From: Scyliorhinus canicula
Taxonomy: Eukaryota
DNA: 64,000 nucleotides
Assembly: GCF_902713615.1 (NCBI RefSeq)
Contig: NC_052166.1
Span: 21,637,731 to 21,701,730, forward strand
Direction of reading: 5' to 3'
The position numbers and the translations under genes were made by a program. The notes beneath the pieces are model-generated. The model made no database searches. It worked only from the letters and a program-made list of their open reading frames with translations, and was not told the origin of the DNA. This document shows positions 12,266 through 23,978 of the stretch, piece by piece. The first letter of the stretch is position 1. Each line of letters opens with the position of its first letter.

Positions 12266-12930
12266 CAATGTAATGTAATGCAACATGAATCCCAGGTCCC
12301 GGTTGAGGCAGCACACGTGTGCGGAACTTGGCTATAAGTTTCTGCTTGGCGATTCTGCATTGTCGCGCATCCTGAAGGCCTCCATGGAGAACGCTTACCC
12401 GGAGATCAGAGGTAGAATGCCTTTGACTGCTGAAGTGTTCTCCGACTGGAAGGGAACATTCCTGTCTGGTGATTGTCGCACGATGTCCGTTCATTCGTTG
12501 TCGCAGCGTCTGCATGATGTCGCCAATGTACTACGCTTCGGGACATCCTTTCCTGCAGCATAGGAGGTAGACAACGTTGGCCGAGTCGCATGAGTATGTA
12601 CACATGAGTGCGGCCTGGGATTCATGTCACATTACATTCACCCCCCACCATCTGGCCTGGGCTTGCGAAATCTGACCAACTGTCCTGGCTTGAGACGATT
12701 CACACCTCTTTAACCTGGGGTTACCTCTATCTCTGGATCTGTAAAGACTTAATCACCTGCTAATGCTCGCATTCTCTATAGATATATGTTTCTGGAACAT
12801 ACCTCTTCATTCACCTGAGGAAGGAGCAGTACTCCGAAAGCTAGTGTTTGAAACAAACCTGTTGGACTTTAACCTGGTGTTGTAAGACTTCTTACTGTGC
12901 TCACTCCAGTCCAATGCCGGCATCTCCACA
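12266..12930. mobile_element. Penelope-like element: GIY-YIG fragment (-) plus pseudo-LTR with hammerhead (+)
   Basis: QTLRQRMNGHR..LPVGEHFS...KLIAKF (GIY-YIG C-terminus); hammerhead CTGAGGA..GAAAgcta at 12810-12846. Confidence 0.85.
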
Positions 12931-13355
12931 CTAATGAAGTACAGGAGAGGGGTGTTGGAGTTTGGGAGTACATTCTTGCTGGTTCTGTGTCATGTGATGT
13001 GACATCAGCAGACTGTTTGCACAGGTTTTTGGCAAATCACCACCTTGATAAAGCTCTCATCATGTTTAACAAGAATTCAGAGTGTGGGCATCTCCATACC
13101 GTTTCTTTTTGCAAGAACAAAGAAATTTAACATGTGTATTTTCATTATTTTGATTATTTGAAACGGCATTATAATGCCTTTTGTAACACTTGCCATTCAC
13201 ATTTGAGAAAGCTGCTTTGCTAAACAATTAGAATGTTTTTCTGTATTAATGGATTTTACCTGTCTAGATTGGAGTTAAATGGCAACTTTCTTCTTTCAGT
13301 TGCTGTAATTCTTCTGAATGATCACACTGGATCTTGGAAGGAGTGATTGAGTGAC

Positions 13356-13496
13356 ATGGAGGCTCGAAGCACAGCTCGAACCCTGCAGGTGGTGGATACA
13401 GAGTATAGTGCCGATGCTGTAGAATGGTGCCCCATCGACACATGGCATCATGTACTGACTTGTGGTACTTACCAACTAAAGGATCCCAAGGAGAAG
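13356..13496 (+). CDS. DPH7: DPH7 (WDR85, diphthine methyl ester hydrolase) coding exon 1
   Basis: gacATGG Kozak; encodes MEARSTARTLQVVDTEYSADAVEWCPIDTWHHVLTCGTYQLKDPKEK, matching the DPH7 N-terminus (human LQTVDTELTADSVEWCP..LACGTYQL). Donor AAG|gtacag, phase 0. Upstream acceptor ttctttcag ends at 13299. Confidence 0.95.
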
Positions 13497-13509
13497 GTAC
13501 AGTACCATT

Positions 13510-15162
13510 GAAGTTTCAGTCGGTGATTACTTTGGGGATAGCGATCACAATTCCGTAAGTTTTAGAATACTCATGGACAAAGACGAGAGTGGTCCTAAAG
13601 GAAGAGTGCTAAATTGGGGAAAGGCCAACTATAACAAAATTCGGCAGGAGCTCGGGAATGTGGATTGGGAGCAGCTGTTTAAGGGTAAATCCACATTTGA
13701 AATGTGGGAGTCTTTTAAGGAAAGGTTGATTAGAGTGCAGGACAGACATGTCCCTGTGAAAATGAGAGATAGAACTGGCAAGATTAGGGAACCATGGATG
13801 ACGGGTGGAATTGTGAGACTTGCTAAGATGAAAAAGGAAGCATACATAAGATCGAGGCGACTCAAAACTGATGAAGCTTTGAGGGAATATCTGGAAAATA
13901 GGACAAATCTCAAAAGCGCAATAAAGAGGGCTAAAAGGGGTCATGAAATATCTTTGGCTAACAGGGTTAAGGAAAATCCCAAAGCCTTTTATTCGTATAT
14001 AAGGAGCAAAGGGTAACTAGAGAAAGGATTGGCCCACTCAAAGACAAAAGAGGGAATTTATGCGTGGAGTCAGAGGAAATGAGTGAGATTCTTAATGAGT
14101 ACTTTGCATCGGTATTCACCAAGGAGAGGGACATGACGGAGGTTGAAGCTAGAGATGGATGTTTAAATACTCTAGGTTATGTCGCCTTAAGGAAGGAGGG
14201 GGAGGTTTTGGGTATTCTAAAAGGCATTAAGGTGGACAAGTCCCCAGGACCGGATGGGATCTATCCCAGGTTACTGAGGGAAGCGAGGGACGAAATAGCT
14301 GGGGCTTCAACAGATATCTTTGCAGCATCCTTGAGCACGGATGAGGTCCCGGAGGACTGGAGAATTGCTAATGTTGTCCCTTTGTTTAAGAAGGGTAGCA
14401 GGGATAATCCAGGGAATTATAGACCTGTGAGCTTGACGTCAGTGGTAGGCAAACTGTTGGAGAAGATACTGAGGGATAGGATCTATTCACATTTGGACCC
14501 TGAAGGTGGCAACGCAGGTCGATAGAGTGGTCGAGAAGGCATACAGCATGCTTGCCTTCATCGGACGGGGTATTGAGTACAAGAGTCGGCAGGTCATGTT
14601 ACAGTTGTGTATGACTTTGGTTAGGCCACATTTGGAATACTGTGTGCAATTCTGGTCGCCACATTACCAGAAGGATGTGGATGCTTTAGAGAGGGTGCAG
14701 AGGAGGTTCACCAGGATGTTGCCTGGTATGGAGGGTGCTAGCTATGAAAAAAGGTTGAGTAGATTAGGATTGTTTTTGTTGGAAAGACGGAGGTTGAGGG
14801 GGGACCTGATTGAGGTCTACAAAATTGAGAGGTATGGACAGGGTGGATAGCAACAAGCTATGGGGTGTCAATTACAAGGGGTCACGATTTCAAGGTGAGA
14901 GGGAGAAAGTTTAAGGGAGATGTGCGTGGAAAGTTTTTTACGCAGAGGGTGGTGGTTGCCTGGAATGCTTTGCCAGCGGAGGAGGTAGAGGTGGGCATGA
15001 TAGCATCATTTAAGATGCATCTGAACAGATATATGAACGGCCGGGGAACAGAGAGAAGTAGAACCCTGGAAAATAGGCAACAGGTTTAGATAAAGGATCT
15101 GGATCGGCGCAGGCTGGGAGGGCCGAAGGGCCTGTTCCTGTGCTGTAATTTTCTTTGTTCTT
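13510..15162 (+). mobile_element. CR1/HER1 LINE with internal deletion
   Basis: SDHNSV.., KSPGPDGIYPRLLRE, PGNYRPVSLTS, then a jump at about 14496 to VRPHLEYCVQFWSP; ttctttgttct tail. Confidence 0.92.
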
Positions 15163-15260
15163 CATTCATTAGAAGGGAACACAGTTGATGCAGAGTAGGC
15201 CCCTCTTTAATTTTCACTGAGTCTGATGTAACTTTTTAAGACAAGAGTGGACTCTAGTTT

Positions 15261-15628
15261 TGATGTGTTGGGTGCTCTGGATCCGTGAAACACATACAGG
15301 CCACCAACACTTAAAATAGTACAACACTATTTTATTAAACTATAAACTGCTGAACATACTATTACTATGGGTTACACGATGTTAGATTAACTAAAGACCT
15401 GTGCGTGTCCTAACCAGTCAAATCACTCAGAACATGGTGAGGATCTGTGCTGTCAGCTGTAAGCTCTTGTGCTTCTGAAAGGCTGCATCCCGAATGAGCA
15501 GGAAAAGTGATGCCCTCTGTCTTTATAGTGAGTGTGTTCTAACTGGTGATTGGCTGCGGTGTTATGCGTGTTGATTGGTCCTACTGTATGTCCATCAGTG
15601 TGTGTCTGCACTGGTGTATATTATGACA
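15261..15628 (-). mobile_element. Solo LTR
   Basis: TG..CA termini; 5-bp TSD agttt at 15256-15260 and 15629-15633; AATAAA on -. Confidence 0.8.
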
Positions 15629-15998
15629 AGTTTCTAATCAACCAAAACAGGAGTTACCCTAATGGGAACTGATCGGTATTGATTAGGAAATTTTTTGTTT
15701 CAATTCCGACCACAGCAGGATAGTAGGAGGAATACCACAGTTGACCGGATAATTCCTGAGCTGGGGAGAATAATAAACCAACTTGATTTCAACTATCCTG
15801 ATTGTTGCCCACCGACCTAGTGCATTGTGTCCATCGAGATGATTGTTGAAGGAAGGATTGGCTCAGCCATGAGTTCAAATACCTCCCTCAAAAACACTGG
15901 TTTACATTGGAGAGCTGTCTTGAATTTGGTATTGTTTAACAATCTTGTATTTGACTCATTGGGGTTTTTGACTATTTGCTTTAACTTTGACTTTTTAG

Positions 15999-16138
15999 GG
16001 TGCCGGAGACTCTGAAATCAATGAGCCCCATGTGAGACAGGGCCGTCTTTATCTCTACTGTTTCAATCAGGATCGGCTTTATTCTCCATTAACAGAAGTA
16101 CAGCGGATTGAAATGCCTGCAATATTAGATCTCAAATG
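15999..16138 (+). CDS. DPH7: DPH7 coding exon 2
   Basis: ctttttag|[46 protein letters not shown](W)|gtaagc; 140 nt, phase 0 to 2. Confidence 0.95.
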
Positions 16139-16430
16139 GTAAGCAATAGAGATGCGGGTGGGGGGGGGGTCACATGGAGCGATCCATTATTCTAGGTTAA
16201 AGGATCAAATCTCAGCCTCACAGTGACTCTTGCTGGAAGGATGGTGTATGGGTGATGGATTACAACAGAATTGGGTGCTCAACAATGAGACCCCACACTG
16301 TGGCCCAACAGCTTGCTCTTACTGCCCAGTCTCTGAAGAATGGGGAGTTGGATGAGATACAAGTTGGTTGGCAGCACATTAAAAGAATTGCCCAGAATTA
16401 ATCAGTGCTTTCTGGAGAGGTTGAGACAAA

Positions 16431-16790
16431 TAGAATAGAACATAGAACATAGAACAGTACAGCACAGAACAGGCCCTTCGGCCCTCAATGTTGTGCCGAG
16501 CCATGATCACCCTACTCAAACCCACGTATCCACCCTATACCCGTAACCCAACAACCCCCCCCCCCTTAACCTTACTTTTATTAGGACACTACGGGCAATT
16601 TAGCATGGCCAATCCACCTAACCCGCACATCTTTGGACTGTGGGAGGAAACCGGAGCACCCGGAGGAAACCCACGCACACAGGGGGAGGACGTGCAGACT
16701 CCACACAGACAGTGACCCAGCCGGGAATCGAACCTGGGACCCTGGAGCTGTGAAGCATTTATGCTAACCACCATGCTACCCTGCTGCCCC
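16431..16790 (-). mobile_element. HE1 SINE, young
   Basis: Full head, V-domain and HER1-type (gttctat)n tail; nearly identical to 44719-45058 and 62419-62769. Confidence 0.93.
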
Positions 16791-16854
16791 AAATGGGTGG
16801 AGTGAGCTTGGTTTTATTAGCGAACAGTAATGAAATTCATCAAAGAAAAAAGGA

Positions 16855-17150
16855 CAGACTTGCATCTGGTGGTCGTGCAAAACTCTATATAAATGCATCA
16901 ATTTGCATTACAGCTAATGAAGTAATTTTTGAAGTGTAGTCACTGTTATAATGTAGGAAATGCAGCAGCCAGCGTATACACAGCAAACTTCCACAAACAC
17001 CATTTTTTTGAGGGGGGGCTGGTGTAACTTCCTTGCTCTCTTTTTGAAGTAGTGCCATGGAATCTTTTACATCCACTCAAGCAGGCAGATGGGGACCTCA
17101 GTTCAATGCCACCTCCAGAGGGCAGCATTCCCTCACTGCTGCACTGGAGT
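16855..17150 (-). mobile_element. Deu-domain SINE remnant (SacSINE1/AmnSINE1-like)
   Basis: Reverse complement contains ggctgctgcatttcctacattataacagtgactacacttcaaaa, the Deu-SINE 3' region. Confidence 0.7.
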
Positions 17151-18268
17151 CAGCTTCGTGGGAGTTACATGAAGTAAAGTCATTGGGAATGCAGAATGGT
17201 TCTTGGCACATGGCGTCTATCAAAGCGTTGTATTTTTCTTGCTTGACACAGTACTGTAGTTTGAGACGATTACATTTTCTAACACTTTCCACAGAGGAAA
17301 TGGTGGTTGTTTATTGAATGCTTTATTTAGTGGAGGGAAGGTTTACTAACAGGGAGGCTCACACCTGAGCAGGTGATAGCTGGTTTGACTGGCAGCTCAA
17401 CTGGACAAAATGTGTGTACACATGCTGGAAAGAGTCAAAGTTTGGGTTCTCTATTCCCGCTAAATAAGGTTGGAGAGGTAGTCTGTAAGAGCTGGGAAGG
17501 GTGTGCGGGTTAGAGGGAGGATTTTCTCTGAAAGATTAATGTTGATCTGTCTCACAGAAGTTATCAGTAAGACAAGTGTATTTTACCACATAACAGCAGT
17601 GTGATGTACTTAGTAACTTCTGTGTTATGGGTACAAACCAGGCTAATATTCACTCTAAATGTTAACTTGCAGATAAGCGAATGAACAGTTAAATCACTTT
17701 TATAATCTGTTCTCCTCTTACTAAACCGTTCACTTGCCTTTTGGAAAATTAGGGAAATAGATATGGGACAACATGAGATTGTAGTATCCAGTTAACCAAA
17801 CAAATGGCTTTCATTGTTATGATCTCTGAGCCCTGTCATTGTATGACTAGATGTTGGGCATTAAAGATAAACTGGAACAACAATTTATATTTATGTCTTT
17901 GATATAATAAATGTCTCATGGTGTTGTGGAGGTAAATAAGACACCAAAAACAAGGAGATATTCGGGCACAAAAGCAGAAAATGCTGGAAAAACGCATCAA
18001 GTCTGGCAGTATCTGTGGAGAGAGATACAGTTAATGTTTCACAATATGACCCCTCTTCAGAGCTTTTCAGGCAGAGAGGTGATTTAAGGAACATTGTGAA
18101 GGAAGAGGGAGCGGTGCAAATACCGAGGAGAAATTCCCTACTCGGGGCCTGGGCAGCCGAAGGTGTGGTCATCAATTGTGGAGCAATACAAATTGGGAAT
18201 CCACAGGAGTTGAGAATTCTGAGTGCATATATCTTGGAAGGTTGTGGGACGGGGAGAATACCAAGTCA

Positions 18269-18435
18269 GATGCTGTTTAGCACAGGGCTAAATCGCTGGC
18301 TTTGAAAGCAGACCAAGGCAGGCCAACAGCACGGTTCAATTCCCATAACAGCCTCCCCGAACAGGCGCCGGAATGTGAATTGAAGTCTACTCGTGACAAT
18401 AAGCGATTTTCATTTTTCATTCATTTCATTTTTCA
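18269..18435 (+). mobile_element. Short tRNA-like SINE with (TTTCA)n tail
   Basis: Same family as about 5208-5388 (-), 30689-30872 (-) and 53895-54007 (3' part). Confidence 0.8.
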
Positions 18436-18870
18436 TATAGAGGGAGATGGCAGGAAAGCCATGGAGGGATTTGAAAAATGATGAGAATTTAAAGATTGGC
18501 ACCCAGTCAGGCAATAATGAGCACAGGGCGAACTAGACATGGTGCAAGTAAAGACAAACAGCAGAGTTTTGAATGATCTAAAGTTCACAAAGGGTAAAAT
18601 GTGGGAGGCCAGCCAGGAATTTATTTCAATCGTCAAGTCAGAGGAAACAAAAGCATGAATGTGGGTTTCAGCAGCAGATGAGCTGAGGCAGAGGCAAATA
18701 AGAATAGTTACAAATGTGGAAATAGACGATCTTAATGATGCCATGAATATGAAGTTGCAAGTTCATCTTTAAGTCAAATGACACCAAGATTACGCCTGGT
18801 TGAGTCACTGACAGTTGTCAGGGTAAAGGGTGGAGTTGGTAGCTAGGGAAACAATGGCTTCAGTCTCCCC
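18436..18870 (-). mobile_element. L2 LINE fragment
   Basis: AAETHIHAFVSS resembles the L2 ORF2 motif AETLIHAFVTSRLDY. Confidence 0.7.
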
Positions 18871-19449
18871 AGTCTGATGGTAAGGATTGGCTTACAATAG
18901 AGATCAGTGAAGATCAGTGGTATGAACGAAAGGACTGTCTTGTGCAGACATGAAATTTGTAATAGCCAATTCGTAGCCTCAGCGCAGGAACTCTGACCAG
19001 ATGAGGAAGACTCTACCTTTAACCCAATGATGCCGCTCAGTTGTAGTATTTATACTGCTGTCCTAAAGGTAGATAACTCAGCATAGATTGCAGACCTAAC
19101 CTGGGTTTTTTTATGATCTGCATATTTGACGTGTGTACCTATCATTTGAGGAAGCACGAGGAAGTAGTTGAGGCTAAAATAATGTGTTAATTTGAAGAAG
19201 GAATTGGATATAGCTCTTGAACTGAGGGATATGGGGAAGGCAGGATCAGGGTATTGAACTTGATGATCAGCCAGGATCATAATGAATAGTGGAGCAGGCT
19301 CAAAGGGCCAAATGGCTCATCCTGCTTCTGTTTTCTATCTATGTTTCTATGTATGATTCTTAATGCCTGGAATTTAGGTTAACCTTAACTTTGAGTGACT
19401 GGTTTTCTCTCTGGTGAAATATTTGAGTATAATCTAAACTAATTTGCAG

Positions 19450-19537
19450 GTGTCATGTACCAGTGGCAGGGCATCCTGTACTTGGCATCGCAAATGCTGA
19501 GGGAAATCTGGAGCTGTGTAATCTGACACATTGTGAG
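19450..19537 (+). CDS. DPH7: DPH7 coding exon 3
   Basis: ttgcag|(W)CHVPVAGHPVLGIANAEGNLELCNLTHCE|gtatgt; 88 nt, phase 2 to 0; matches human WCHIPVAGHALLG. Confidence 0.95.
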
Positions 19538-20224
19538 GTATGTGGATTCATTTTTCTATTGGATTATTAAGAAAACGTTTGAGATGCTGATCACCTGTAT
19601 ATATTTTATATTCTGTCCATGTAATGTTGCAATTTGCATCACAATGCATTTAAATTACACTTAACTGAGTTGAACTTTTGTTCTAATATCAGTATAGGGA
19701 TGTGGCTTTTGTCTGCAGTTCTTCACGCACTGTTCCTAATTGTGAAAAAAACAGGAGTGTGAAACCATTATCAGTGATTCGGAATAGAGAAATAGCTAAA
19801 TGTGCAATTTATAATGAAATCCTGCCTGGAATATGGTCGTATCCTCAAGCTCTTGTGCAAAAATAAAGTATGCACAAACGGAATTGGTGAATTTTCATGT
19901 AACTAATGTGCTGTTCGTTGATGCTCAATCTTTTAGTCCTGCATAGTTCTTTTTAAATATCGACTTGATGCTCATTCTGCAGATTTGTAGGTCACATCAA
20001 TGTCACTTTGGAGTTGGCATTGCATATAGGACATGTATAGTTGGAAGAGAATACATGATTGGGCAGTTTCTACAGGTTCTCTTAACAGTGGAAAAGAGCA
20101 GGTCGGGTGCTGATCTGATGTCATGTTAAATCATGGAAGAACGTTAGAGGGAGAACAATGGCAAATAAAGCTGGATGTAGAATGACTGGGTAACTAATCA
20201 GGCTGTTGCTTTCAAACGTTTTAC

Positions 20225-20785
20225 AAGAGGAAATCATGCTTGATATATCTACTGGAACTCTTTGAGGATCTAACTGGTAGACTTGATGAGGGGGAGCCAA
20301 TGGATGTGGTTTATTTGGACTTTAGAAGGCTTTCGAAAAGGTCCGACATAAGAGATTAATGTGTAAAATTAAAGCACATGGGATTAGGGATATTTGGATG
20401 GATAGAAAATTGGTTGGCAGGAAACAGTAGGAATAAACAGGTCTTTTTCCAAGTGGAAGGCAGTGACTATTGGTGTAGTACAGGATCAGTGCGAGGACCC
20501 CAGCTATTTACAGTATCTATTAATGATTTAGATGAGGGAACTAAATGTTATCCCTCCAAATTTGCAGATGGCATAAAGCTGGGTGGGAGATGAGCTGTGA
20601 GGAGGATGCAGAGACGCTTGAGTGTGAATTGGACAAGCTGAGTGAGTGGGCAAATGCATGGCAGATGCAGTATTAAGTGGATGAATGAGAGGTTATCCAC
20701 TTTGGTAGCAAAAACAGGAAGGCAGGTTATCACTTGAATGGCTATAGATTGTGAGATGGAATGTGCAACAAGACCTGGATGTATT
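20225..20785 (+). mobile_element. CR1 LINE RT fragment (old)
   Basis: GSVRGPQLFT..INDLDEGTKC..KFADGIKLGG. Confidence 0.85.
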
Positions 20786-21245
20786 GCTGGGTGTAACTGC
20801 ACAAACCTTTCACGTGCCCACTTTCATGACATTCTTGTAACATAATTGAGATGAACTTCTAAAATTTCAGGGGGCACATGGCTTATACAGTGCTGCTTTA
20901 AAGAATTGCAGTTCCAGTTCCAATTAGCCTTTACACTTCTGAGTTAGAGATAGGGATGGCGAAGCAATCCTGGTTTCTGTTCCAAATCACCATCTACTTC
21001 CCTGACTGAAATGTGTGAAGGTTATGGATATTTGGTAAGCATAGAAATGGACTTGCCTGTAATACTCCCTGAAAAGCTGCAGTTACCATCGATCCGCGCA
21101 CATGATACTGACACTCACGAACATGTATCCCAATTATGAGTTGATGCTTTCAGGGAAGGGGAGAACATTGGTGAAAAAGACAAGTGGAGCTGTAAATGTT
21201 AAAATTGAGTTATTTGTGGCTCATCATGATCTTTTCTTTCAGTAG

Positions 21246-21337
21246 AAAAACAGCTGCTCCTTAGAACCAATGTGCAGTGTTTGCATAGGCCCAGATTGCC
21301 TTGCTCTGTCCCTGGATTGGTCAACTGGAAGAGAACA
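21246..21337 (+). CDS. DPH7: DPH7 coding exon 4
   Basis: cttttctttcagtag|[30 protein letters not shown]|gtaagt; 92 nt, phase 0 to 2; contains [11 protein letters not shown]. The distal AG of CAGTAG is needed for an open frame. Confidence 0.93.
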
Positions 21338-21842
21338 GTAAGTCTTTATTCATGCATTTGTTTTCCTTTTGGTGAGTTTTGTTGTATTTAATATTACAGC
21401 ACAAGCAGACTATTTGATCCATTGAGTTTATGCCACCTCTTTCATGGGGAAATCCAGTTAGTCCCAATTCTATTCTTGTTCCCCATAGCCCTGCAGTTTC
21501 TCCTTTTGTTTATTTATCCAATTTCCTTTTGAAGGCTTGCATTGAATCGGTTTCTACCAGCCCATCAATTAATGCATTCACAAATTTTTGTTATATTAGA
21601 AAAAACTTTTCTTCATGTTGCCTCTTTCATCCTACCCCATGAATCTCCTGGAGCTGACACACAAACTAATTTCAGGGTTCTACTATTACATGATGAAACC
21701 TGGCTACTGGAAGGCATACAAGAATGGTCTGAGGTGACATATAAGAATGTATGAAAAATTTTGAATGGTGAGAACAAATAACTGGTTGACTTGCTGTCTC
21801 CTAGTGCTGTGATACCTGTTTCATAATTAAGACTGTTCCTAC

Positions 21843-22434
21843 TGTCATGGGAGTGTCCCTTTAAGAAATGTTTTTGTCTTATCACATGGCTTCAGTGATG
21901 TCATTATGTGGTGGAGCTGGGCTGTGGCTCTGGGTTTTTACTTTCGGTTTGAGTTGGGACCTGGCTGTGCTCTGAGTTTTACTTTCGCTTTGAGTTTGAA
22001 CTGGTTTGTACAGCACAGGTTGAAAAAGAAGGTTTTTTAAAAGCTGTTTGCAGACTGCTTGATAACTTGAAAAGAAATAATTGCTTTCTGGAAGGAATTC
22101 AAACCTGATGTGTCAATACCAGGTCTTGAGTGCTGTGTGCTGGGCCGCACCTTTCTAGTTTATGGGATCTTGTTATTAAATTGGAACAGCTTAAGGGGGA
22201 AATGTATTAAGGGTTATTCATAGAGTACTGTAGCTGTGGGTATTTTTGTTGGTAGTTAATAAAAATGCTCACTAAATTTGTAGCATAAACATTTTTGATT
22301 AAAAGTGCTTAAGGCCTCTGTTGAATAACACCTGAAAGGCAGACCCTTGTGCTCATCGTAACCAAAATAAACAGTAGTAGGTCAGGTGATCTCCTTGATA
22401 TACTTTGGAGTTTTCTAAACCCTGGCCCATAACA
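21843..22434 (+). mobile_element. Solo LTR
   Basis: TGTCATG..CATAACA termini; near-TSD ctac/ttac; AATAAA at about 22366. Confidence 0.75.
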
Positions 22435-23326
22435 TTACCCTCCTTGATCCATATAACCTTCAGGGAGAGGTGAATAAAAATTATGGCTGGATGGAAAAAT
22501 TCAGCTCCAAACCTACACTCCAATTCTCATTACACCTACTCCAGGACCATGACTTGTGTTGCTTGGTGCCTACCTATTGTTATGATGTGATTTCTGTTCC
22601 AGGTCATACTTGGCCCAATGTCCTTTAAAGGTAGACCCTGAATCTGCATTCACTGCACTGACTAGCAACTTGTTCCATCAGGTCTACTATTATCTGGGAA
22701 AAGAAGGACTGCCTAACATCCAACCTAGTTCCACCCATGTGTAACTTCTATAATTTCCACAATCTATTCCATTCATTATTTTATAGAAGTTGATCAAATT
22801 GCTCTCAAGTCTTCTTTTTCTCAAGTACACAGATCCAGCTTTTTAAGCCAACCAATAAGCTACGCTGCCAGTTTGGTGAAGGTGACTCTGGCAGCTAGTT
22901 GATCTTTACTCTCTATCTGATTATATGTGTTGATAAATAGAAAAAGTTTTGCACGTCCCAGAATTGACATCCATCACCTTGATTAACATGAAAATTTCAC
23001 CCAAAGATCAGTATTTTTAGAAAGTGGGATTAAAATGTGCGGCTAGTTTCTTTTTTATATCCTTTGGCCAGCACAGACACGATCGGCTGAATGGCCTCTT
23101 TCTGCTGCGTTGTATTTCTTTGGTTCTAGGGTAGATTTTGTGATCAGTTTCTCCATTTTAGAATTCCATCCCCATTAAACATGCCAATTCACAGAGTCAC
23201 TTTGTTAATATTTAGTGAAATGTATTTTCTTATTGTCTCTTATGTTTTCTAGTCTTGAAGCTGAATCTTCCTCTGTGTAAAATATAACAGTACTAATGTT
23301 ATGGTCTTTTTCCTTCTCTGCTGCAG

Positions 23327-23490
23327 GAAACCACTGAAGATCATTAGTAGTGACTCAAAGGGCTGCCTGAGCCTTCTGTCGGTGGACGGTTGTCGATCAG
23401 CACTAGAGGTGGTCTCTCGCTGGAAGGCGCATGACTTTGAGGCTTGGATTGCAGCTTTCAATTACTGGAACACAGACGTTGTTTATTCAG
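23327..23490 (+). CDS. DPH7: DPH7 coding exon 5
   Basis: ctgcag|(Q)[12 protein letters not shown]...[23 protein letters not shown]|gtagcc; 164 nt, phase 2 to 1. Confidence 0.95.
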
Positions 23491-23642
23491 GTAGCCTTGT
23501 CAAACCTTTCTGAGCAGCTGACTGGCAAAAGACAAGCCAAATGTGCTCTTTATCGGTGCGTGAATTGTGGCTGTTTCTACTCTATTAGAAGTCTGTTACC
23601 CTAACTCTTATTTTGGTTTTCTCCCCTCTAATCCGTGCTGAT

Positions 23643-23978
23643 TAGCACGGTAGCATAGTGGATAGCACAGTTGCTTCACAGCTCCAGGGTCCCAGGTTCG
23701 ATTCCCGGCTGGGTCACTGTCTGTGCGGAATCTGCACGTTCTCCCCGTGTCTGCGTGGGTTTCCTCCGGGTGCTCCGGTTTCCTCCCACAGTCCAAACGT
23801 GCGGGTTAGGTGGATTGGCCATGCTAAATTGCCCTTAGTGTCCAAAAAGGGTAAGTGGGGGTTACTAGGTTACGGGGATGGGGTATTACATGGGCTTGAG
23901 TCGGGTATTCTTTGGAAGGGCCGGTGCAGACTCGATGGGCCAAATGGCCTCTTCCTGCACTGTAAATTCTATGATCTA
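23643..23978 (+). mobile_element. HE1-type V-SINE
   Basis: Head, V-domain, ctgtaaattctatg tail. Confidence 0.9.

Larger units (their letters stand above)
4222..13132 (+). mobile_element. Decayed Gypsy LTR retrotransposon with nested insertions
   Basis: Similar TGTT..AACA LTRs at 4222-4413 and 12953-13132; decayed PBS tggcaataagg; PPT aggagagggg before the 3' LTR; gag knuckle CKDCGKKDH/IAKV, protease end (FPSLFGR), RT (YRRLPFGITSAPALFQ), RNase H (LACDASPYG), integrase (LHDGHPG, PWQRIH); many stops. Confidence 0.88.

Noticed and set aside
16589-16792. Recurrent ORFs such as SQLQGPRFDSRLGHCLCGVCTSSPCVRGFPPGAPVSSHSPK
   Set aside because: Chance translations of HE1 SINE copies.
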